Shown piece by piece: positions 1 through 8,403 of a DNA stretch of 32,000 bases (within the stretch, counting starts at the first letter, position 1; each line of letters opens with the position of its first letter). The notes below the pieces were generated by a model. It was given only the letters and a program-made list of their open reading frames with translations, was not told the origin of the DNA and made no database searches. The DNA comes from Pseudanabaena sp. UWO311 (GTDB lineage: Bacteria; Cyanobacteriota; Cyanobacteriia; PCC-6307; Cyanobiaceae). The position numbers and the translations under genes were made by a program. Location of the stretch: NCBI GenBank assembly GCA_943370385.1, contig CALRQT020000008.1:118214-150213 (forward strand), given 5' to 3'.

Positions 1-667
1 CGCCGAGGGGGCAGGTATTAAGCCGATGGCGCAGGTCCCGCAGGCGGCCCCGGTCCCGTTCCGCCATCTCCACATAGGCGAGCAGGTGGTGGGCCAGGCA
101 AACCGGCTGGGCCCGTTGCAGGTGGGTGTATCCCGGAATCAGGGTGTTGGCCTGGGCCTCGGCCTGGGCCAGCAGGGCCCTCTCAAAGCGCAGCAGGGCG
201 CCATCGATCAGGTCCACCTTCTGGCGCAACCACAGGCGCAGGTCCGTGCCCACCTGGTCGTTGCGACTGCGGCCCGTGTGCAGGGTCTTGCCAACCGGAC
301 CGAGCAGCTCGATCAGGCGCCGCTCCACCGCAAAGTGCACGTCTTCGGCCTCCAGGCCGGGACGAAACTCGCCCGCAGCAGCCTCCTGGCGCACCTGCTC
401 TAAACCGGCCACCAGCTGCTGGGCTTCGGCGGCGGTGATCACACCACAACTGCCCAACATGATGGCGTGGGCGATCGAGCCGTCGAGATCCTGCTGCAGC
501 AGCTCGAGATCGAAGCCGATCGAGGCATTGAAGCGTTCAATCGCCGGATGGAGCCCCTCCTCGAAACGGTCGCTCCAGCCCGCCGCCCCACCGCCAGTGA
601 CCCCACCAGGGAGACCGGCGCCAAGGGATTCGGGGCCGGGGACGATCTCAGAATTGGGGGCTGCCAT
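1..667 (-). CDS. argH: Argininosuccinate lyase, N-terminal part (C-terminus lies beyond the window start)
   Basis: The minus-strand frame is open from the window edge to the ATG at 667. It is absent from the ORF track because it runs off the edge. My translation reads [64 protein letters not shown], which is the fumarate-lyase / ArgH signature region. Confidence 0.9.
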   Translation of the reverse strand, partial: MAAPNSEIVPGPESLGAGLPGGVTGGGAAGWSDRFEEGLHPAIERFNASIGFDLELLQQDLDGSIAHAIMLGSCGVITAAEAQQLVAGLEQVRQEAAAGEFRPGLEAEDVHFAVERRLIELLGPVGKTLHTGRSRNDQVGTDLRLWLRQKVDLIDGALLRFERALLAQAEAQANTLIPGYTHLQRAQPVCLAHHLLAYVEMAERDRGRLRDLRHRLNTCPLG

Positions 668-689
668 CGGGCCTGGTTGCCGCAACCGC

Positions 690-2150
690 TCAGCTTGGCA
701 GGCTGGCCAGCGCTGGCTGGTCCTTCACCTTGAGCACCACCAGGGAGGCGTCATCCTCCAGGGGGCGATCACTGCCAACGAAGCGATCCAGGCGGGCAAA
801 GAGTTGGTCGAGGATCGCCTGGGCCCCCAGACCAGCGCGGCAGGCCTCCTGCAGGCAGGTGAGCAGCCTCTGCTCCTCGAAGCGTTCACCGCTGATGCCG
901 GCGGCTTCGGTTACCCCATCGGTGTAGCAGAGCAACACGTCACCAGGCTCGAGCACGGTTTGCTCACAGCCGTAATCGGCCTCCGCCTCCAGGCCAATCA
1001 ACAGCCCGGGCGCATCGAGCCGCTCCACCTGCTGGCGCTGGCGCCGCCAGACCAGGGGCGGATTGTGGGCCGCATTGGCGTAACGCAGCAGGCGGCTGGC
1101 CGGATCAAAGTCGGAATAGAAGAGGGTGACGAAGCGGTGGGAGTGGGCCAGATCCTCCTGGGCCAGTTGGTTGAGGTCGTGGAGGATGCGATCGGGGGGC
1201 AGGCCCGTCAGCACCTCGGCCCGCAACATGCCCCGCAGCAGGGTCATCAGCAGGCTGGCGGGCACGCCCTTGCCCATCACATCGCCTATCACCAGAGCCC
1301 AGCGCCCCTGCTCGCGGCCGCGGCCCTGGAGCTGGGGCCGGGTGGGGATGAAGTCGTAGTAGTCGCCGCCCACCAGGTAGGCCGGCCGGCAGCGGGCCGC
1401 CAAGTCCACCCCCTCGATCACCGGGCAGTGATCTGGCAGCAGTTGGGCTTGGATCTCGGCGCCGGTGCTGAGCTGGCGATCGAGGCGTTCATGGCGGCGC
1501 CGTTCCTGCAGCAGCAGGTCGTTTTCCAGGGCCACCCCGGTGAGGTCGGCCACCAGCTGGCCATGGCGGCGATGCACATCGCTCCAGCCCGAGGCACCGG
1601 CAGGGCCGAATACGTAAAGGCGTCCCCGCTGGAGACTGCGGGCCACCACCGAGGTGCCGACCAGGGCTCCCTCACCCCAATGCTGGGCCACTACCTGATC
1701 CAGGCGGGCCACCAGGCCAGCCTCACCCGCCGATGCCAACAGACTGGCGTCGTCTAAGGCGGCCAGCTGGCGGAGCACGTCCCGGCTGCGCTCGGGTGGG
1801 GTGCCCTGGAACTGCTCCCGCCAGAGGTGGCCATTGGCATGGAAGGGCAGCAGCAGGGCCCCCTCGGCCTCCATCAAGCGAGCCGCCACCAGGGGCACCA
1901 ACTCCAGGAAGCGGTTCAGGTTGGTAAAACTACGCAGGGCAAAGGCCAAGGAGGCCAGCAGCTCCTGGTTGCGGCGTTGCTCCCGGCTGAGGCTGTCGAG
2001 CAGCTGGCGCAGGGAGGCCGTTGCCGAGGCCGTGGGGGGAAGGGGATGGGGCGGAGGTTGAATCCGCGGCGGCTTGCTGCCCAAGGAGGGGCCGCAATGG
2101 GACCCGCAAGGTAGCAGTGTTGCCACCATTGTCCCGGCCCTGGGAGCCAT
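690..2150 (-). CDS. PP2C/SpoIIE-family protein serine phosphatase with an N-terminal GAF-like sensor region (RsbU-like)
   Basis: 486-aa ORF. The C-terminal half has SpoIIE/PP2C-type motifs ([35 protein letters not shown]). It lies between argH and ftsY, as the rsbU-annotated gene does in Prochlorococcus (from memory). The start is ATG 2150 or ATG 2129. Confidence 0.8.
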   Translation of the reverse strand: MAPRAGTMVATLLPCGSHCGPSLGSKPPRIQPPPHPLPPTASATASLRQLLDSLSREQRRNQELLASLAFALRSFTNLNRFLELVPLVAARLMEAEGALLLPFHANGHLWREQFQGTPPERSRDVLRQLAALDDASLLASAGEAGLVARLDQVVAQHWGEGALVGTSVVARSLQRGRLYVFGPAGASGWSDVHRRHGQLVADLTGVALENDLLLQERRRHERLDRQLSTGAEIQAQLLPDHCPVIEGVDLAARCRPAYLVGGDYYDFIPTRPQLQGRGREQGRWALVIGDVMGKGVPASLLMTLLRGMLRAEVLTGLPPDRILHDLNQLAQEDLAHSHRFVTLFYSDFDPASRLLRYANAAHNPPLVWRRQRQQVERLDAPGLLIGLEAEADYGCEQTVLEPGDVLLCYTDGVTEAAGISGERFEEQRLLTCLQEACRAGLGAQAILDQLFARLDRFVGSDRPLEDDASLVVLKVKDQPALASLPS

Positions 2151-2237
2151 TCGGCCCGATCAGCCCCTAACCAAGCAGGCCAACCAGCCACGAGGCAGGT
2201 CACCACCCTGGCGGGCAACCCGGGGGCCGATCAACGA

Positions 2238-4181
2238 CTAACCGTCCAGCAGGGCCTCGATGAATTCGAAGCTGTTGAACGGGCGCAGATCCCGGATGCC
2301 TTCGCCAGCGCCGATGAACCGGATCGGCAGGCCCGCTTCCGACGCCACCGCCAGGGCCACGCCGCCGCGGGCACTGCCATCGAGCTTGGTGAGCACCACG
2401 CCGGTGAGGCCAGCCGCCTTGGCAAAGGCCATGGCCTGGCGCAGGCCGTTCTGGCCCTGGCTGGCATCGAGCACCAACAGGGATTCCACCGCCGCCTCGG
2501 GGGCCAGGCGATCGACGATGCGACGCACCTTGGCCAGTTCCTCCATCAGATTGTGCTTGGTTTGCAGGCGGCCGGCCGTGTCGACCAGAACGAGGTCGAG
2601 GCCCTTGGATTGGGCGGCGCCGATCGCATCGAACACCACCGCCGCGGGATCGGCATTGGCGGAGGGATTGGACACAACCGTGACGCCACTACGATCGCCC
2701 CAGACCCGCACCTGCTCGACGGCCGCGGCCCGGAAGGTGTCGGCGGCAGCGATCAGGCAGCTGTAGCCGCTGCGGGTGGCCAAATTGGCCAGCTTGCCCA
2801 GGGTGGTGGTTTTGCCCACACCATTGACCCCCACCAGCAGCCAAACGTTGAGGCGATCGCGCTGGGGGGCGAGCAGGGCAGTGCCGCTGGCGCGAATCGG
2901 CGCCTCCAACAACTCTTTGAGCTGGTCCTTGAGGAAGCGAATGCCTTCGCTGGGATCCACCACCTCCACATTGAGGCGCTCGCGCAGGGCCCCCAGGGCC
3001 TGGTCCGTGGCCTTCACGCCCACATCAGCCCGCAACAGCAGGGTTTCCAGCTCGTCGAGCACCTCCGGGGTGAGGGGATCGTCGCCCAGGTTGGTGAGCA
3101 GCTGGGTAACGAAATTGCGACGGGTCTTCTCCAGGCCCCGGCGCAACCGGCCGAGCCAATCAATTTCCTCGAGGGACACCTGATCAGCGCGGCGGCCCTG
3201 GGCCGCCAACACCTCGGCCGACCAGGTGAAATCAGCATCAAAAGCACCCAGCTGGGGTTCCGCGTCAGCAGCGGTGGCCGGGGTCTGGGGAGCCGGAACC
3301 GGAGCCACGACAGCAGCCGCGCCGGCGATGGTGGCACTCCAGGTGCCAGGGGCAGAAGGCCCTGGTGGAGCCCCTGGGGGCACCGGAGACGCCGGTTCCT
3401 CGATCGCACGGGCCAGCAACTCCCGCTGGCGTTCGGCCCGCTGGGCCGCGGCCTGCTCCAGCAAGGACAACCCGGGCGCCGGACTGGCGGCAGGCTGGTC
3501 CGTAGGAACCCCTACAGCCGCGGCGGACTCAGGACGCTCGGGCTCCTGGGCCGGCAGCGAAGCCAAGGAACCCCCCTCCGGCTGGCTCGGGCTTGGCTCG
3601 GGGTTCGCTGGCTCGGACCCCTGGGGAACAGGGCCAGGCTGGGGTTCGGCAGCGCGTTGCGTTGATGGCTCCGGCTGGTCTGGCGCCAAGCTCTGGGGCT
3701 GGGGCGCCGGTTGATCCGCCTGCCAGGGCTGGCCGGGCGTGGGGGCCGCAGGCGCCCCAACCGCTGCAGGGGGTGCAGGGGCGGAAGCTGGCCCAGCGGC
3801 CGCTGGCGGCTCAGGTGATAGCGGCTCCTGGGGGGCTGGTTCGGGGGGACGGGCCTGGGCCTGCTGGCGAGTGGCTTCTTGCTGGGCCTTGAGGCGGGCA
3901 TAGGCCTGGCGGGCCCATTCGAGGGCTTCGCTATCGACGCCAGCCATGGGCGCCGGGCTGGCCGGAACCGCTGGCGAGGCTTGGGGCCCACCGGCGTCAG
4001 CCCCAGGGGGGGACTCCGGGGGTGAGGGGGCGACGGATTCGGAGAGCCCCGGGGATTCGCTGGGTTCAGGGGCCGGGGCGTCAGCCGCTTGGGGGGCCGG
4101 CGGCGGCCCAGGCTCCAGTTCGGGCTGGTCCCCTGACTGACCCTCGGGGACGGAAGTGCGCTGGAACCAGTCGAACACCAT
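2238..4181 (-). CDS. ftsY: Signal recognition particle receptor FtsY with a long Pro/Ala/Glu/Ser-rich N-terminal region
   Basis: 647-aa ORF starting MVFDWFQR. The C-terminal NG domain has the SRP-GTPase motifs GVNGVGKTTTLGKLA, DTAGRLQ and TKLDGSARGG. The stop of upstream nusB is 7 nt from this start, suggesting an operon. Confidence 0.95.
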   Translation of the reverse strand: MVFDWFQRTSVPEGQSGDQPELEPGPPPAPQAADAPAPEPSESPGLSESVAPSPPESPPGADAGGPQASPAVPASPAPMAGVDSEALEWARQAYARLKAQQEATRQQAQARPPEPAPQEPLSPEPPAAAGPASAPAPPAAVGAPAAPTPGQPWQADQPAPQPQSLAPDQPEPSTQRAAEPQPGPVPQGSEPANPEPSPSQPEGGSLASLPAQEPERPESAAAVGVPTDQPAASPAPGLSLLEQAAAQRAERQRELLARAIEEPASPVPPGAPPGPSAPGTWSATIAGAAAVVAPVPAPQTPATAADAEPQLGAFDADFTWSAEVLAAQGRRADQVSLEEIDWLGRLRRGLEKTRRNFVTQLLTNLGDDPLTPEVLDELETLLLRADVGVKATDQALGALRERLNVEVVDPSEGIRFLKDQLKELLEAPIRASGTALLAPQRDRLNVWLLVGVNGVGKTTTLGKLANLATRSGYSCLIAAADTFRAAAVEQVRVWGDRSGVTVVSNPSANADPAAVVFDAIGAAQSKGLDLVLVDTAGRLQTKHNLMEELAKVRRIVDRLAPEAAVESLLVLDASQGQNGLRQAMAFAKAAGLTGVVLTKLDGSARGGVALAVASEAGLPIRFIGAGEGIRDLRPFNSFEFIEALLDG

Positions 4182-4187
4182 CTGCGA

Positions 4188-4817
4188 TCAGCCGGGAAGA
4201 CTCGTGAGGCGCCGCAGCACCCCATTGATCATGCGACGGCCCTGCTCGTCGCTGTAGCGATTGGCCAGTTCCACCGCCTCGTTACAGGCCACCGCCGGCG
4301 GCGTGCCGAAATCCTCCATGTCCGTGGCGGCCAGGCGCAGGATGTCGCGATCGATGCGGGGAAGCCGGGTGAGCCGCCAGCCCTCCATCACGCCATCCAG
4401 GCGCTCATCGAGCTCCTGGCGGCGACTCACCACGGCGCGGGTGCGCTCAAGGGCGCCCTTACGCACCTCTTCCTGGTTGGCGAGCAGCAGCAGGCGCGGG
4501 AGTTCCAGGCTGGCGGAGAGGCGATTGATGGCCTGTTCGGCGTGGGAGAGGCCCTGTTGGAGGTGGGTGCGCACCTGGGGCAGGCTGTCGCCGCCGGCAT
4601 CAACGAGCTCACTATCGAGCAGCTGCTGTTGGGCCTGCTCCAGCTCTGTGGCGGATTGGTCGAGGGCTTCACGCACGTGCTGACTCAGGCTGGCCAGGGC
4701 CTGGAGCAACAGCGCGTCCAGGGGCGTTGTGCGGGAGAGATCGCTAGCGGGTTGACGATCGCTGATCTGGCCAAGCATCAGCAGGGCCAATTCTCTGGCA
4801 ACGGAACGACTCTGCAT
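4188..4817 (-). CDS. nusB: Transcription antitermination factor NusB
   Basis: 209-aa ORF. The N-terminus SRSVARELALLMLGQ and the C-terminus ELANRYSDEQGRRMINGVLRR are typical of NusB. It is tightly linked upstream of ftsY. Confidence 0.85.
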   Translation of the reverse strand: MQSRSVARELALLMLGQISDRQPASDLSRTTPLDALLLQALASLSQHVREALDQSATELEQAQQQLLDSELVDAGGDSLPQVRTHLQQGLSHAEQAINRLSASLELPRLLLLANQEEVRKGALERTRAVVSRRQELDERLDGVMEGWRLTRLPRIDRDILRLAATDMEDFGTPPAVACNEAVELANRYSDEQGRRMINGVLRRLTSLPG

Positions 4818-4838
4818 GGGACAGGCACTCAGGACCGA

Positions 4839-5615
4839 TCAGGCCTTATTAGGAGGAACGGGGGAATAGGCGGGAGCCCGCAGCTGGGCCAGCAGGCTGG
4901 AAAAACTGCGACTGGCAGGGGTTTCGCGTTCATCGGGGCTGACAATGCCAGCCGAGATGATCGTGCGGAAGGCATCCTCCACCGAGAGATCCAGGTCCCG
5001 CACCGAGGTTTCCGGCACCACCGCGTACCAGCCGGTGGTGGGATTGGGGGCGGTGGGGATGAAGACGCTGAGCATGGGCTGGTCAAAACCGGCCTGCACC
5101 GAGGAACCCAACACCCCGGTCACGAATCCGAGGGCATAGAGACCCTGGCGGGGATACTCCACCAACACCACCCGACGAAAGCGGGACGAGTTGTCGCGCA
5201 GGAAGGTTTCCAGCAGTTGCTTGAGGGTCTTGTAGACCGATCCCGCCAGGGGGATGCGCTGCAGGGTGCCTTCGCCAAATTCGAGCAACCAACGACCGAC
5301 GATGTTGCGGGCCATCAGGCCGATGAGCAGGATCGCCAGTAGGGGCACCAACAGCCCCACCCCCAGGTTGATCAGCTCCTGCAGGAGCGGATTGAGGGTG
5401 TTGAACGGGTTGACCTGCTTCGGAACCGACGTGAGGAAGGCCAGCACAAAACGGCTCACCGTGGTGGCCAACCAGATGGTGGTGGCCAGGGGGATCACCA
5501 CCAGCAGGCCAGCGATCAGGTCGTTCTTGAGATCCTGCTGAAGGCGGTCGCCAAGCGGCTGATCAGGTCTGGGACTGGATTGCACCAACTGACCCCCCGG
5601 TGATCCGGACTGCAC
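4839..5615 (-). CDS. DUF502-family integral membrane protein
   Basis: 258-aa ORF with two N-terminal TM helices (LIAGLLVVIPLATTIWLA; LLVPLLAILLIGLMA). They are followed by the conserved IPLAGSVYKTLKQLLETF and RVVLVEYPRQG region remembered from DUF502 proteins. Confidence 0.75.
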   Translation of the reverse strand: MQSGSPGGQLVQSSPRPDQPLGDRLQQDLKNDLIAGLLVVIPLATTIWLATTVSRFVLAFLTSVPKQVNPFNTLNPLLQELINLGVGLLVPLLAILLIGLMARNIVGRWLLEFGEGTLQRIPLAGSVYKTLKQLLETFLRDNSSRFRRVVLVEYPRQGLYALGFVTGVLGSSVQAGFDQPMLSVFIPTAPNPTTGWYAVVPETSVRDLDLSVEDAFRTIISAGIVSPDERETPASRSFSSLLAQLRAPAYSPVPPNKA

Positions 5616-5684
5616 ATCGCTGTGGGCAACTTAGCCAGCCGGCTGGCCAGGCCCGCTGGAGAGACCCGATTTCAGAGAACCGGT

Positions 5685-6335
5685 TCAGAGAACCGAAGCC
5701 AGGGCCAACAGGGTGAAGGCAATCGCCATCACCAGGGCCGTGCCCGTGCCAGCGATGGAGCGCTGGTTTGCCGCCAGATCACGGGCCTTCTGGGCCTCCT
5801 TGATCTGGCCTTCGGCCTGCTGCAGCTGGCCATTGATAAAGCGGGTGGCCGCCTCCTTCTTCTGGGCTTCAGGGGCATCAGGGGGAATCTGGCCGGCACG
5901 CTCGCCCTGGAGCACCACCTGCTCGATCACCTGGGGGTTCTGCATTTGGGTGCGGGCCATGGCGACCTGACCCTTCTTGGCGGTGAGGGCCTGGTCGGCC
6001 TGCTCGGTGAGGGTGCGATCACCACTAATCGACACCGGAATCGCCACGAGCATCGAGATCGCCAGCAGGCCGCTGATCACGCAAACCACCCAGCGCAGGG
6101 GCGTGAACCGCTCCTGGGGCGAATCGAGGCGGGAGCCAAACAGCACCAACAGCAGGCCCACCAGGGCCATCGGCGACTGGTTGACCAGGCGCTCCACCAG
6201 CAGCTGGTTGAAGCTCTCCTCGCCCCAACCATTCACGGAAAGGAGGGCGAGGAGCTGCAGGCCCAGCAGTAGCACCAGGGTCAGGCCCAGCCAGCGCAGC
6301 AGGACGCTGAAACGACCCAGGGAAGCGGAACTCAC
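5685..6335 (-). CDS. Hypothetical membrane protein (3 N-terminal TM helices, Q/A/E-rich coiled-coil-like segment, C-terminal TM anchor)
   Basis: The track ORF is 5685..6482, but its first 128 nt would overlap queG on the other strand. An in-frame GTG at 6335 gives (M)SSASLGRFSVLLRWLGLTLVLLLG.., which begins right at the first TM helix. The family was not recognised and the start is uncertain. Confidence 0.55.
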   Translation of the reverse strand: MSSASLGRFSVLLRWLGLTLVLLLGLQLLALLSVNGWGEESFNQLLVERLVNQSPMALVGLLLVLFGSRLDSPQERFTPLRWVVCVISGLLAISMLVAIPVSISGDRTLTEQADQALTAKKGQVAMARTQMQNPQVIEQVVLQGERAGQIPPDAPEAQKKEAATRFINGQLQQAEGQIKEAQKARDLAANQRSIAGTGTALVMAIAFTLLALASVL

Positions 6336-6354
6336 AGCAGGATGGCGGAATCGA

Positions 6355-7365
6355 GTGACTTTAGGGGTGGAAACGCAGGCCTCCCAGTTAGCAGCGCGGT
6401 TGAAGCAACAAGCCCGAACACTGGGGTTTGGTCCGGTGGGCATCGCTGCCCTGCCCGGCAGTCCCCGGATTGGACTGCGCACCGCCGCCCTAGAGCGCTG
6501 GCTGACGGCCGGTCACCAGGCCGACATGGCCTGGATGGCCGACCCCCGGCGCCGGGCCGCCGAAAGCCTGCTCCCCGGCGCCCGCAGCCTGCTGGCCGTG
6601 GGACTGAACTATTACGTGGCGGCTGAACGCCAACCCGGCAGCCTGAAGGTGGCGCGCTATGGCTGGGGCCGGGACTACCACCGGGTGATCGATGGCCGCC
6701 TACGACAACTAGGCCGCTGGCTGGAGCAGGAGGTGCCTGGCCTGGGTTGGCGCGCCTGCGTCGATAGCGCCCCCTTGCTCGATAAGGCCTGGGCGGAAGA
6801 AGCGGGCCTGGGCTGGATCGGCAAGAACGGCAACCTGATCCATCCCCGCCAGGGCTCCTGGTTGCTGCTGGGCCACCTGCTCACGACCTTGGACCTGCCG
6901 GCGGACCAGCCCGCCGACCCCCTCTGTGGCCGCTGCAGCCGCTGCATCGAGGCCTGCCCCACCGGCGCCATCACCGAGCCCTTTGTGGTCGATGCCCGCC
7001 GCTGCATCGCCTTTCACACCATCGAAAATCGAGACGCCGAACTGCCCGAAACCATTCAGGCCGGCCTGGGCGCCTGGGTGGCCGGCTGCGACATTTGCCA
7101 GGACGTCTGCCCCTGGAATCAGCAGGCCCTGGTGAGCAGTTCTGAGCCGGATCTGCAGCCTCGAGACTGGCTTTTAAACCTGCAGGCGGATCAGGTTGCG
7201 AGCTGGAGTGAGGCGGATTGGGACGAACGGTTGCGGGCCTCGGCCCTGCGGCGTATCAAGCCCTGGATGTGGCGGCGCAATGCCGCCGCTGCGGCACCAG
7301 CCCAGCCCAAAAGTGCCGCCAACATCAGGCCATCAACGGACTCGCGTCACCAGCCCCAAACCTGA
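6355..7365 (+). CDS. queG: Epoxyqueuosine reductase QueG
   Basis: This is the C-terminal two-thirds of track ORF 5977..7365. The recognisable QueG sequence begins near GTG 6355 (or GTG 6367): LAARLKQQARTLGFGPVGIA.., AVGLNYY. Two ferredoxin-type clusters are present (CGRCSRCIEACPTGAI and CDICQDVCPWN). Confidence 0.9.
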   Translation: MTLGVETQASQLAARLKQQARTLGFGPVGIAALPGSPRIGLRTAALERWLTAGHQADMAWMADPRRRAAESLLPGARSLLAVGLNYYVAAERQPGSLKVARYGWGRDYHRVIDGRLRQLGRWLEQEVPGLGWRACVDSAPLLDKAWAEEAGLGWIGKNGNLIHPRQGSWLLLGHLLTTLDLPADQPADPLCGRCSRCIEACPTGAITEPFVVDARRCIAFHTIENRDAELPETIQAGLGAWVAGCDICQDVCPWNQQALVSSSEPDLQPRDWLLNLQADQVASWSEADWDERLRASALRRIKPWMWRRNAAAAAPAQPKSAANIRPSTDSRHQPQT

Positions 7366-7427
7366 GCCCAGCGCAGGCAACTGGCCGGGAATGGGCTCCT
7401 AGGCTGGGGCTTGGAACGAACGCCACC

Positions 7428-8324
7428 ATGGCACCGCGCTGGTTGAGGTCCCTGGTAGCTCTGCCCCTGGTTGTGGGGGTTGGACTTGGCTCTGCCCCAA
7501 CGGCCCAGGCCCAGGTTCCCTACGTGGTGCTGCCCGCGCCCCAGGACATGGAAGCCGCTGGCCTGGGGATTGCCCAGGCCGCCGCCCGCCTGCTGCGCAT
7601 CGGCCAGGCCGAGGAAGCCGCCCGGCTAGCGGCCTTGACCGTGCAACTGATTCCCGGTGACCCCCGCGGCTGGATCCTGCTGGCCGAAGCCCAGCTGCGC
7701 AGCAAACAACCGAAATTGGCGGCCACCGCCCTCGACCAGGCCAAACGGCTCGATCCCAAAAATCCCGGCATCTGGTTTGCCGAAGGCTCCCTAGCCCTCC
7801 ATGACAACCATCCCCAACAGGCGATCCAGTTGTTAGAGCAGGGCCTGAAACTGGATCGCAAAAACGCAGGCGCCTACTTCGATCTCGGCAATGCCCAGAT
7901 CTTGCTCGGCAAACTGCGACCGGCCCTAGTGGCCTTCGAAAAAGCCGCCTCACTGCGGCCCAATTTCTGGGAATCGATCAACAACCAGGCCCTGGTGCTG
8001 TTTGAGCTGGGTAAACCGCTTGAAGCGATCAGCCGTTGGCACCAGGTCCTGCGCATCAAGGCCAATGCGGCCGAACCCAGCCTGGCCCTAGCCGCCGCCC
8101 TCAATGGCCTCAAGCCGGGCAGCCAGGACGCGATCGAGCTGGCCAATCGGGCCCTGGCGGCCGAACCCAACTACGCGCTCGAGACTTACCAGAAGGAGCA
8201 GCTCTGGGGGCCGCGCCTACGGGCAGCCACCCGCCAGCTGGTGCACCGCAACGAGCTCAAAGCCAGTCTGGAGCGGGCCTTGGCCAATGCGAGCGGCAGC
8301 AGCGACAGCCAGGACGACCAATAG
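7428..8324 (+). CDS. Secreted/lumenal TPR-repeat protein
   Basis: An internal ATG at 7428 of track ORF 7218..8324 gives the signal peptide MAPRWLRSLVALPLVVGVGLGSAPTAQAQ. It is followed by repeated 34-aa TPR-like units (e.g. GIWFAEGSLALHDNHPQQAIQLLEQGLKLDRKNA, GAYFDLGNAQILLGKLRPALVAFEKAASLRPNF). Confidence 0.75.
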   Translation: MAPRWLRSLVALPLVVGVGLGSAPTAQAQVPYVVLPAPQDMEAAGLGIAQAAARLLRIGQAEEAARLAALTVQLIPGDPRGWILLAEAQLRSKQPKLAATALDQAKRLDPKNPGIWFAEGSLALHDNHPQQAIQLLEQGLKLDRKNAGAYFDLGNAQILLGKLRPALVAFEKAASLRPNFWESINNQALVLFELGKPLEAISRWHQVLRIKANAAEPSLALAAALNGLKPGSQDAIELANRALAAEPNYALETYQKEQLWGPRLRAATRQLVHRNELKASLERALANASGSSDSQDDQ

Positions 8325-8403
8325 GTTCCCCAGGGTCTCGCCCCGGCCAGCCTCGACAGGATCTGTAGGCTGAGCGCCGATCGCCCTCAGACACCAACAG
8401 CGG

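Noticed and set aside
126-1757. 543-aa plus-strand ORF spanning the argH/phosphatase region
   Set aside because: It is antisense to two genes with clear family motifs. The sequence is low-complexity, rich in Ala, Gly, Arg and Pro, and stop-poor. It is a typical high-GC shadow ORF.
2553-3665. 370-aa plus-strand ORF, plus several 60-240-aa ORFs on both strands, within 2231-4225
   Set aside because: They are antisense or out of frame relative to ftsY, whose SRP-GTPase motifs fix the true frame. They are high-GC artefacts.
5977-6354. N-terminal 126 codons of the 462-aa ORF containing queG, plus the 216-aa ORF at 5622-6272
   Set aside because: The recognisable QueG sequence only starts near 6355. 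The upstream part is antisense to the membrane-protein gene and is Arg/Ser-rich with no similarity to anything I know.
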